From Trichodelitschia bisporula (taxonomy: Eukaryota), in NCBI GenBank assembly GCA_010356995.1, contig ML996706.1, positions 501,789 through 565,788 on the forward strand: a DNA stretch of 64,000 nt, written 5' to 3'. Below are positions 50,133-60,707 of the stretch, in pieces. Position 1 is the stretch's first letter. Each line of letters begins with the position of its first letter. The notes below the pieces were generated by a model. The model was not told the DNA's origin. It did not search any database and saw only the letters and a program-made list of their open reading frames with translations. Both the position numbers and the translations under genes were made by a program.

Positions 50133-52549
50133 ATGGAGTCCATATCGCGCATCTCCAGCATGCTGGAAGCAGGTCCGTCTCCCCCACCACCTCTTGATAC
50201 GTACTAACCTCCCCAACAGCCCGCGACCTCACCCTCGAAGCCGCCCGCGACGCCAGCACGCGCAAACCCACCACCCGGCCCCTCCCCGCCCTCGCACTCA
50301 AAAAACTCCTCGACAGCCGGCGCGAAACCGACATCCTCGAAGGCCTGCGCAAAGTCATCTCGCTCTCCTACCAAAAAGCCCCCACCCTGCAATTCTTCTC
50401 CCACATCGTCAAGAACATCGCGTCCCCGAACCTCGAGGTTAAGAAACTAGTCTATGCGTACCTGGTCCAACATGCAGAGGAGGCGCCGGATACGGCGTTG
50501 TTGAGTATTAATACGATTCAAAAGAGTTTGAGTGATGCGGATCCGCGGTTGAGGGCCCTGGCGCTGAGGACGATGAGTAGTATCCGTGTGCCGGTTATTA
50601 GTCAGATTGTGGCACTTGGGATTAAGCGCGGGGTGGGGGATATGAGTCCGTATGTGAGGCGGGCGGCGGCGCTGGCGATTCCGAAGTGTTATCGTTTGGA
50701 TCCGGGGATGGGGCCGGAGTTGGTAAGACTGATTGCGGTGCTGCTGGGGGATAAACAGTACTATGTTGCGGGGGCGGCGGTGGTTGCGTTCCTCGAGGTG
50801 TGCCCTGAGCGGATCGAGCTTGTGCATCCGCATTACAAGGCGCTGGTGCGGAAGCTGGTGGATATGGATGAGTGGGGGCAGTTGGCGACCATGCAGATGA
50901 TGCTGGGCTATGCGCGGGCTTGTTTTCCAAGGAAGACGAGGTGGGTCAAGACTGCGAAAACCAGAGACGCGGCCAACCCGACCAAAGGCTTCTACGACTC
51001 GGAATCCTCAGACAACGACGAAGACGAGGGTGAGGAAGTTACTATTCTCGATCCGGACCTAGACTTTTTCCTCCGCGCCGCAACCCCGCTCCTCCACTCC
51101 CGCAACCCCGCCGTCATCCTCGCCGTCGCCCGCTGCTACATCTACCTCGGCGACTCCGCCTACACATCCCAGATCCCAGGGCCGCTCATCAGTCTCCTCC
51201 GCGCCCCGGCGGACATCCAACACATCGCCCTCCACAACATAACCCAGATCGCGCTCTCCCACGCCGCGCTCTTCGCGCCGTATACCAGCCACTTCCTGCT
51301 GCGCTCTACCGACCCCATTGCCATCAAGACGCTAAAACTGGATCTCCTGACGCTGTTGTTTCCCCCTTCGCCACCGACTACGCGCTCCCTGATCCTGGCT
51401 GAAATTAGCCATTTCACCGCCGCCCCGGATCCCGTGCTCGTCCGCGCCGCGGTGCGCGCGCTGGGTGCGTGCGCGACCGCCGCGCCCACACCCGCGCTTC
51501 AAAACCACTGCCTCCGCCTCCTGCTCAAGCAACTCGCGAGTCCGGACCCGCATCTCGTCGCCGCGGCGCTGGAAGTCGTGCGGCATCTCATTCAGCGGGC
51601 CCCCGAGAAACACGCTAGGACCATTGTGCGCCTGGCCAAGCATTTGGATGTGTTAAGCGCCCCCCGCGCCAGGGCGGCGATTGTCTGGCTGGTGGGGGAG
51701 TATGCGGCGCGTGCGGGGAAGGGGGGAGTTGCGCCGGATGTGTTGAGGTTGCTGGTGAGGGGGTGGGGGGGGGAGGGGGATGAGGTGAGGCGGGAGGTGC
51801 TGGGGTTGGGGGGGAAGGTTTATTTGGCTTGGTTGGGGAGTGAGGAGGGGAAGAAAGCTCTGGAGGGCGAGAAGAAGGAGGGAGGGGAGGGGGATGAGGC
51901 CGGCTGGGGCGGCGAGAGGGATGGGGAGGGGAAGGAAGAGAAGGATCCGATTCCGGCGCTGTTCGCGCATGTGTTGTTATTGGCGCGGTATACGCCCAGC
52001 TATGATCTCCGGGACAGAGCGAGGTTACTGCGCGCGTTGTTGGCCAATCCGCAAGAGGGCGCGCAACTTGCGTCTCTCCTTATGCTGGCGCCGAAACCGG
52101 CTCCACTTGCGGAGTCGAGAGCGGCGGGACGGGCGGGGTTCACGCTGGGGAGTGCGAGCTTGGTGGTTGCGGATTTGGTGGGGGAGGGGGGGGTGNNNNN
52201 NNNNNNNNNNNNNNNNNNNNNNNNNNNNNNNNNNNNNNNNNNNNNNNNNNNNNNNNNNNNNNNNNNNNNNNNNNNNNNNNNNNNNNNNGCTGGGGTTGCT
52301 GGGGGGGAGAGGAGTGCGGGGAGTGTGTTGGATGAGAGGGCGGGGGTTAAGGAGGTTGGGGTTGGGAATAAGGGGAAGACGTTGGATGATTGGCTTGCTA
52401 GTGAGGAGGAGGAGGAGGAGGAGGAGGAGGAGGAGAGTGAGGAGAGTGGGGAGGAGGATGAAGAAGAGGAGAGCGAGGAGGAGAGTGAGGACGAAAGCGA
52501 TAGCGAGGAGGATGAGGATGCGGCGCAGAGGGAGGGGCTCATGCGGTAG
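50133..52549 (+). CDS. APL6: AP-3 adaptor complex beta subunit (contains assembly gap 52196-52288)
   Basis: MESISRISSMLE / ARDLTLEAA, VKNIASPNLEVKKLVYAYL, LLSINTIQKSLSD..RALALRTMSSIRVPVI, LVDMDEWGQ, YDLRDRAR, acidic tail. Confidence 0.93.
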
Positions 52550-52585
52550 ATGTTTACGGGATGTAGATCAATCAAATACACCGGT

Positions 52586-52668
52586 ATCCCGTCAGTACTG
52601 CTAGCAATGCTTCATCGTACAGGTGGTGGTTCCCGTTGGATGTTGCTAGCATTCTCATCATTCGGGAT
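52586..52668 (-). ncRNA. Candidate box C/D RNA, copy A
   Basis: Minus strand: ATCCCG-A-ATGATGA (C) .. CCAA (D'-like) CGGG..CCTG-T-ACGATGA (C'-like) .. CTGA (D)-CGGGAT; perfect 6-bp terminal stem in k-turn register. Confidence 0.5.
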
Positions 52669-52701
52669 GGTGTTTGATCTACCGGACGCCCGCGATGATA
52701 A

Positions 52702-52880
52702 GGAAAATGAACTCTAAGCTAAAGAAAGTAGTATAGAAATGAACTCTGATTTAACGAGAGTAGATCTAACACGGAAATGAACTCTGCGTTAGCGAGAGTA
52801 GAACTAGCACGGAAATGAACTCTAAGTTAAGAGTAGTACGGAAATAAACTCTAAGTTAAAGAGTAGTACGAAAAAACTTC
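52702..52880. repeat. Degenerate minisatellite GAAAT(G/A)AACTCT-n-AGAGTAG, ~6 units
   Basis: Seen directly; ACTCT/AGAGT inverted arms in most units. Confidence 0.85.
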
Positions 52881-53028
52881 ATGTTAACGCCCGGCTCACC
52901 TACCAGCCCACCGGCCGGGACGCTTAACTTTACGAAGTACTTAAACGCGGCACATAGAAGGCAATCGCGTGGATACTAAAGTACTGTACAGTACAGTAAG
53001 AGAGAGAACCTACTATGGAAGCTAGCCG

Positions 53029-53125
53029 GTAGATATTACGGGATATAGGTTAATCGCACAATATCCTGTCAGAATTGCTAGCGTTGCTTTATCGTATGGG
53101 TGGTAGTCCCGTTTGAGCTACTGGA
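53029..53125. repeat. Truncated copy B of the ~100-bp unit (retains D box, lacks C box)
   Basis: Aligns with 52546-52668 and 53229-53348. Confidence 0.75.
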
Positions 53126-53264
53126 AGTATAAGTTGATAATGGAAATAAACTTTCAGTTAATGAAAGAAGTATGGAAAAACTTCCCTGTTAACTTCACGA
53201 AGTACACGGACATAGTAAACTGAAAGCAGTAGATATTACGGGATACAGATCAACCACAGCGGTA

Positions 53265-53348
53265 TCCCGTCAGAATTGCCAGCGGTGCTTCATCGTGCGG
53301 GTGGTATTCCCGTTAGATGGGGCCGCTGGCGTTAATCATCATTCCGGA
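53265..53348 (-). ncRNA. Candidate box C/D RNA, copy C
   Basis: Minus strand: TCCG-GA-ATGATGA .. CTAA-CGGG-AATACCA-CCCG-C-ACGATGA .. CTGA-CGGG; lies ~70 nt downstream of a minus-strand AG/GTAAGT donor at 53418. Confidence 0.5.
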
Positions 53349-53536
53349 GTTGCTGCGGAAGGTAAGGCCTCCTAGATAAAGGTAGAGAAAGCGGACACGG
53401 GCGCGTTGGCGAACTTACCTGGCTGGTCTTTTTGGACTGCGGTTGCTGGAGGGTGGGGTGTTGTGGTGGCCTCAGGGGCGGAGGAGATGGGGACCTAGAT
53501 CGATGTAAGCGTGTTTGGGATGAATTTGAGAAGATG

Positions 53537-54730
53537 TACGAGAGATCTGCCTCGTGAGAGGACAAGAAGGGATCCGGGAAGAGTACGAAAGAAATCTGCC
53601 CTATGGGAAAGGCGAGAGTGAGGTAAGACTACGAAAGAGGTCTGCCTGGAAGGAGAGTGAAGGAGGATTGCGAAGGAACTCTGCCTCGAAGGAGAGTGAA
53701 GGGGGATTAGGAAAGAACTCTGCCTCGAAGGAGAGTGAAGGAGGATTACGAAAGAACTCTGTCTCGAAGGAGAGTAAAGGAGGATTATGAAGGGACTCTG
53801 CCTCACGGAACAGCGAGAGTGAAAGCAGACTACCAAAGAACTCTGCCTCACGGGAACAGCGAGAGTGGAAGCATACTACGAAAGAGGGCGACGAAAGATG
53901 GCACGACAGAACCCTGTCTCTGGGGACGAGAGTGGATACAAGGAGATACGAAAAAAGTCTGTCCTCAAGGATCAGAGTGGGAAAAGAGATACGAAAGAGG
54001 TCTGTCCCTAAGGACAAGACTAGATCCAGAAAGGTTACAAAAGCGTCGGTCTAAAAGGGATACGAAAGAACTCTATCCCTAAGGACTAGGGTGGATAAAT
54101 GGTACGAAAGAGTCTATCTAAAAGGGATACGAAGGAACTCGGTCCCATGGACTAGAGTAGATCCAAAAAGGTTACGAAAGAGTCGGTCCACAAAGGACAA
54201 GAGTAGCTACAAAGATACGAAAGAGTCTATCAAACGGGATACTAACGAACTCTATCTCAAGGACTAGAGTGGATATAATGTCGGCATACCCAATGTCGGG
54301 ATACCCGAAAAGCAGGCTTGGCAAGGCAAACACCGAAGTGGCGAAGATGGACGACGCCGAAGTCCGATGAAATTCAGGAACGTCCTGAAGGACCCTCACG
54401 GACATATACTGTTCCTTCTGTAAAGTAGAGAAAAAAAAAAGCTGGGCAATCAATCCTTTCTCACACAATTCTTTGAGCACTTCCGCCAGGATATAACGAC
54501 ACAAGAGTCTAGCAAAAGGGATACGAAAGAACTCTATCCTAAGGACTAGAGTGGATGCAATGATATAAGAGTCTATCAAACGGGATACGAAAGAACTCTG
54601 TCCCAGGGACTAGAGTAGATAAAAGATACGAAAGAGTCCATCCAAGGGAGACATGAAAGAACTCTGTCCCAAGGACTAGAGTGAATAAAAAACTACGGAA
54701 GAGGTCTGTCTCCAAGGACTAGACCGGATC
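53537..54730. repeat. Complex minisatellite of ~26 TACGAAAGA-led units, many with ACTCT-n-AGAGT hairpins; unique ~220-bp insert at ~54275-54495
   Basis: 39-bp units at 53630-53785, then alternating long (hairpin) and short units; counted manually. Confidence 0.88.
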
Positions 54731-55693
54731 TAAGAAGAATACGAGATACCTTGCCAACCTCTAAAGACATGGAGAAAGTGGAGGGGGTGGAGGAGGTGGA
54801 GGAGATGGAGGAGGTGGACGGGGTGGAGGAGGTAGAGGAGTTGGTCGAGTGGAGGAGTTGGGTGAGGGAGTTGGTTGAGTGAATGTGTTGTTCCGGAGGA
54901 GTTTTTCCAGTGGCGGAGCTGTGTGGGGGGTTGGTTGGATGGAGGAGCTGTGTAGGTGGAGGAGGTGAGTGGGTGAATGAGATGTGTGGAGGAAGGAGCT
55001 GTGTGCTGGAAGGGGCTGTGTGGGTTGAATGAGTTATTCAAGTGAATGGGATTGGGGGAAATGGAAGGCATGGCGGACGAGACAGCAGCTACGGGATGGA
55101 GGGTTGCTGAAGGCGCCCAGGGGCTGAATGGAAAGTACTGCTGCTGTCAGGTCTCTAAGAAAGGGCTGCAGGCAAACGCTGGACTTGAGCTACAGAAATG
55201 GAAGGCCATGTGCTACGAGACCGAGTCTACGGGAGGGAGGTCTACAACGGGAGGGAGGTCTGCTAAAGGCGCCGGAGGCTGGAGTGGAAGCTGCGGTTGC
55301 TGTGTTGGTCAGTAAAAAAGGGTGACTTGGCTAGGCTGGACACTGGTTAGGAAAATGGAAGGCCCAGCTCTAGTCACAATGGCAGTGTTTGCACTCAGCC
55401 GCACATGACGCCGAGGGGAGCGGCTCAAGGCCGAGACGACAGGAAGGACATTCTATCGGAAATGGGTCTAAAGAAACAGCTGCCAGCTCAGAGCGCCGGT
55501 TTGAACAAATGAAATGTCTTCCCCATTCCTTTCCAATCCATCTGCAGAGCTACGAGGTTTCTTTAGGGATTTTGTGAACAGGCGCATGCCAAAGCATGGC
55601 ATCACCTACCCACGGTCAACCTCGTCTAAACCGGTGCCGCGATCTATTGGGTGTTAGTATTATTCAGCTGAAAGGTAAGGGATACATACCGCT

Positions 55694-57168
55694 TTAAGCA
55701 GCCGCGGCAGAGTCGGCGCCGCCAGCGGAGGGGTCGCGCTTAAAGCGCTTCCCGTCTCCACTGCGCTCACCCTCATCCTCGTCCTCACGAGGACGCTTCA
55801 GGTCATCCGTGAGGTTACCACCTTCCTGTGCATTCTTCAGGGCGGACTTCTTGGCCTTGGCCGAAGAAGTGCCCGAAGTGCCGGTGGCATTCGAGGTTTG
55901 GGTGGCGACGACGCCGTGCCCGGTGGGAAGCTGGTCACCAGCGGAGGAGGAGGAGGGAGAAAATCCCTCAACGTCGCCGGAATCTCCCGTGCCCCCCGCT
56001 CCCGAGCTTGTCGTGGCCTTCGCCTGAGCAGCCAGTTTGGCTGTCAGCTCGGCATGGACCGCTCGGAACTCCTCATTAGAATTCGTGGTGCTAGAGAGGT
56101 TAGTGATGTTTGAGATGGGAGCTTTAAACTTACACTGGAGCGGGCATCTGATGGGGGGCCACACCGACTTGCCCGAAAGCAAACGCCTGGTTGACTGCCT
56201 CCTGCCCCTGATAAGTCAGGGGCTGAGTTGCCTGGCCAAGATACCGAGACATCTCGAAGGCAGCCAAGTTGAGCACCTGGTCAACAGTGAGATTCCCCGA
56301 TCTCATCACGTTGACCAGCTGCGGGCCAACCATCGTATCCGAGAAGGTGTTTACGATGTGGCGCCGCAGCTCCGGATCCTCCAACTGAGGCGGCGGCTCG
56401 TCACGAACGCGCTGCGCCAGGAAGGAAGAGCCGGCGATGCTCAAGTAGTTGAAGGCGTTAGCCAGGGAGTCTGTTCAAAGTGTTAGTGATACATAAGTCA
56501 ATGATGAAGGTATATAGCCGTGATTCGATGAGAGAGAAGATTCATCGTATAGATCAGGATGTTGTGAGCCAAAAGTTTGTTCGTTTAATCTCTTACCGCC
56601 GTGGCTCGCATCATACTGCCTATCAAGGCCAGGGACATTGCCAGTTGGAAGGGGAGCGTGGACGCGCTCAATTGCATCCGGACCGCGCAACTGATCGCCC
56701 GTCAAGGCCGGACGGATCGCAGCATGATCGCGACGGATCCTCGAACCGATGGGGACAAACCGACCAGAAGTCATAACACTAAAAGTGTCAGCGAAACTAG
56801 AAAGTTGAGGAAGGGACTTACAGAGACGTCTCCGCAACAGGAGGAGTGTACTGGGCCGGTGGAGGAGGAGGCCGCGGAGGTGGATTCCTCCCCCCCTGGC
56901 CAGGCTGACCACGGCCACCGTAACCACCGTCACGGCCACCACCCAAACCTTGGCGGGAGTTGTCGTGCTGGGAGCGGTCCCAACTGTCGCGATCATCGCG
57001 GCGGGAATAGTCTTCGCCATAGTTTCTGTTGCGAGCGCCGACCTTTGGCTTCATCAAACGTCCCTTTTCGTCCTTGCGGACGAGACGATTCTCGGAACCC
57101 TTGCGATCATCGCCATTGCCGCCAGAACCAGAACCCATAGCACCACCACCAGAGATACCGGACGACAT
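55694..57168 (-). CDS. Orphan four-exon protein (420 aa) with Gly/Arg-rich N-terminus and bipartite-NLS-like C-terminus
   Basis: Introns 56779-56821, 56471-56596 and 56091-56133 (GTAAG donors, CTRAC branch points, YAG acceptors) join four ORFs in frame (1263 nt). C-terminal LKRPRE..GKRFKR. Confidence 0.8.
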
Positions 57169-58291
57169 TGTTGAAGGTCCGAAAGACTTGACTGAGAAGT
57201 CTGAGGTGAGGAGTCTTAAAGGCAGTGGGGAGTATGAAGAGGTGCTGAGTTTGATCAGGTCAGTAGGTCTTGCGACAATGGAAGGAGAAACTTACACAAT
57301 GAAGGCCTTGGGTGAAATGAACCGCACACAGGAGGATGCAGTGAGTGCAGGTGGATGCAGAGGCAATGAGAGTTGATGTGAGGTAAAGACAGCAAAAGCT
57401 GGCGAAAAGTAGAAGGGACACAGTGAAGCTGGTAAAAATTCAAACAATGCTGACTGAAAGACAGGATTTGATATTGGAAGTCAGACTTTGAAATCAGACT
57501 TTGAATCGCTGTGGTTGACGAGGAGAAGAAGAGGATGGCTGCAGAGGCCCGGCTTTTAAAGAAACCTGTGGGGAAATAAATCAACTAGCGAGTGAATATT
57601 AATTGGTCCTGAGAACACTGGCAGCAACTTACACGCAAACCCACACGTTTTGTTGGTGTTGGCCTGCAACTATATATCTATCAGTGAGCGTGATTGCCTA
57701 TTCGGGAAAGGCAGCGTTCGATGGGCCCGTGCGCGTCACTGGAAATCGTAGCAAAGCTGCACCCGGAAAAACTTTGGGCCGGCATTCGGCCGTGCTAAGC
57801 CAAAAAGGGTAAACACAATGCATCATATACAATTATATCGATGAGTGGGAGTATATGGAGGAAGGAGCTCATCATCGTGGTCGTGCCTGCGCGATATGTA
57901 CCCGCGACTCCAGACATGAAGTCAAGCACCGCCCCTTGGCGCGGGTGAACATTCCGCCGAAGATTGTAGACATTGGCGCCGGGTTTCCCCAACTTCACAT
58001 CGCGCCTCGCATCCGCCACCATCAAACCGCTGCAATCACTCCCACGAACGCAGTGCGCAGCTCCTTTTCCCGTCCCATGACCCGCGTGCGATCGCGCTGT
58101 CAACTCATATAATCGCCCACCGGTGTAGTCCCATGATAGCTCCGTTCTCCGCACGCGCCGCCGCAAAGCTTGCCACCCACAGCCGCAGTATGCGCCTTTG
58201 CCCTGCCCCTCCCGCGCCGCAGACCAAGACCATGCCCGTTCGGCTCCACCTCCACCCTTAAGTTTGTACCGCGTTTGCAGACTGTAGAAAG

Positions 58292-59362
58292 ATGCCTGGA
58301 CTCCCGGGTTTGTAGCCACTGTATGTCGGTGGAAGGGCGCTTGGCTGACGTTAGCAGCGACGGTCGATCTCGACGAGTGCATTTCGCGGCTGTACAAGAA
58401 GGAGTTGCTGGCGGACTCGGTGATCGAGGCGATATGTGCGAAGACGAAGGAGTTGCTCATGAAGGAGAGCAATGTGGTGCATATTGCGGCGCCGGTTACT
58501 GTGGTGGGCGATATTCATGGACAGTTCTTTGATATGCTGGAGATTTTTCGCATTGGGGGGTTTTGTCCGAATACGAACTACCTCTTCCTAGGTGAGTGGC
58601 GACTACCGCTGGGCCTCCCGCTGGTCTCCTACCATTCAGTGCTAACGCCTCCCAGGTGACTACGTCGACCGGGGCCTCTTCAGCGTCGAAACCATCTCCC
58701 TCCTCGTGTGCCTCAAACTCCGCTACCCCCACCGCGTGCACCTAATCCGAGGCAACCACGAATCGCGCGGCGTAACCCAATCCTACGGCTTCTACACCGA
58801 ATGCAACCGTAAATACGGGTCCGCGAACGTGTGGAACTACTTTACGGACATGTTCGACTACCTCACGCTCTCCGTCGTTATCAACGACCAGATCTTCTGC
58901 GTGCATGGCGGGTTGTCGCCTTCCATACATTCTATTGATCAGATTAAGGTCATTGATCGGTTTAGGGAGATTCCGCATGAGGGCCCGATGGCGGATTTGG
59001 TTTGGAGCGATCCGGATGCGGAGAGGGATGAGTTTTCGCTGAGTCCCCGCGGGGCGGGGTATACGTTTGGGGCGCAGGTGGTGAAGAAGTTCCTTGAGGT
59101 TAATAGCATGACGCATATCCTCCGCGCGCATCAGCTTTGTCAAGAGGGATATCAGGTGCTCTACGATGATCGGCTGAGCACTGTCTGGTCGGCGCCGAAT
59201 TATTGCTACAGATGTGGGAATATGGCGAGTGTGCTGGAGGTCAGCGATACTGGGGAACGCTTCTTTAATGTGTTTGATGCAGCGCCGGAGAATGAGCAGC
59301 ATCGGCAGGAGCAGCAGCAGCAGCAGCAGGGGCAGGTTGGGCCGCCGGATTACTTTTTGTAG
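58292..59362 (+). CDS. PPG1: PP2A-like Ser/Thr phosphatase, Ppg1-type
   Basis: MPGLP / [54 protein letters not shown]-terminal DYFL; two introns. Confidence 0.88.
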
Positions 59363-59947
59363 GGGGTGGGCTGGAGGGACATGGACACGGGGACATGGCA
59401 TGAGGCATGGGAGATGGCATGGTAGATACACCGGTGTTTCGGGGTGTATAATAGGTTGAATTTGATGCATTGACGATTGTTTCGCGGTTGTTGCTGGTGT
59501 GAGATGGCATTGAGGGTGGGTGATTCTACGGTGGAAGGCGCGATCGGGGTTGCAACGCGATTTTGTCATATCACAAGTACGTAACCCACTCCATGGAGAG
59601 CTTGAAGCTGCGATTGATAGTAGCCGCAGGATGACCTGGGGTATTGCTCGACGTACAGCCGCCAGGAAAGGCATGACAGCACCTACGAAAAGCATAGGGT
59701 CTTCAAACAGCTGACAACGCCGAATCCGCAATCGTAGCTGATATCCCAGACGCTAAACGGACGTAGTTGGCTACGTTATCGGCTGGCAAAATGATCATGC
59801 GTACATATTCAGAGGTGGTGATGGCATCAATCACTCAACATGACCACCTGGACATAGAGCGTATCAAACGCTCGACACAGCACTCGCATTGCTCATAAAC
59901 AGCCAGGGATATCCCCCCAGCAGCCCCAAACCCCAAATGCCCTCAAA

Positions 59948-60707
59948 TCACCAGTCCTTTTTTACCTCAAAGCTCCACTCAAACATCAAATGCTGGACCT
60001 TATCATCATCCACGAACTTAGCCGTAGCATTATACTTCCCCCGCCCCATGAGTCCGCCCGGCGCATCCTGCTCCGCAAAGCTAACCTCGTAAAAGGGCTT
60101 ATCCGCCGTGTTGGGCGCGTAGGAGCCGATCATCTCCTGCTGCCCGTGGCTGAGGCCCATTCGTGTAAACTTTTGGATGAGTTTCAGGCCTGAGAGGATT
60201 TGGTGCTGGACCTTGAATTTGATTTTCAGGTGGAATTGGGCGTTTTCTTTGATTGTAAAGGGTTCGGAGCGCAGTTTTTCGACTTGGCCTGGTTGGCTTA
60301 GGTCGATGACGATGGGGGGGCGGTCGGCGGTCTGTGGGTTGGGTTAGGTTAGTTTTCGGTTGTGGTGTGTGGGGGATGGACTTGGGGTCACGTACCTCGA
60401 GTGTCAGCGCGAGAATGATGCACGTCCGTGGGTCGCTTGGGTCGGAGAGGTCCTTGCCCGTCGCCAGGCCGAGCGACTCCTTCCACTTGCGCAGCGACTC
60501 GTCCTGGGCATCTAGGGTAAAACTTTTATTAGCCATAGATTGTGCGGTGAGTGAGGACAGGCACACGGCGAGTCAGACGCCCGTATGCCTTGTGTGGGGA
60601 GGCTGCTTACCCAGCTGCTGGTACTCGTCGATGGTCTTCTTCTCGCCGACTTTGAAGCCTGGGGTCTGCTCGGGGTTAAGATCGTCGTCTTTCACTGGCT
60701 CAGCCAT
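59948..60707 (-). CDS. RDI1: Rho GDP-dissociation inhibitor
   Basis: TPGFKVGEKKTIDEYQQL / DAQDESLRKWKESLGL, FKVQHQILSGLK, EMIGSYAPN, APGGLMGRGKY, FVDDDK, WSFEVKKDW*. Confidence 0.95.

Noticed and set aside
52196..52288. N run within APL6
   Set aside because: Assembly gap in G-rich sequence, not a biological feature.
53495..54579. ORFs across the minisatellite (13-aa repeats)
   Set aside because: Several frames on both strands are open only because the 39-bp unit lacks stops; none spans the array.
53537..54730. CRISPR-like array
   Set aside because: Eukaryotic context, no cas genes; units are degenerate and the sequences between them are related to each other rather than unique spacers.
52700..54730. 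Hammerhead ribozyme/retrozyme array suggested by recurring CGAAA
   Set aside because: No CTGANGA core in the required position on either strand.
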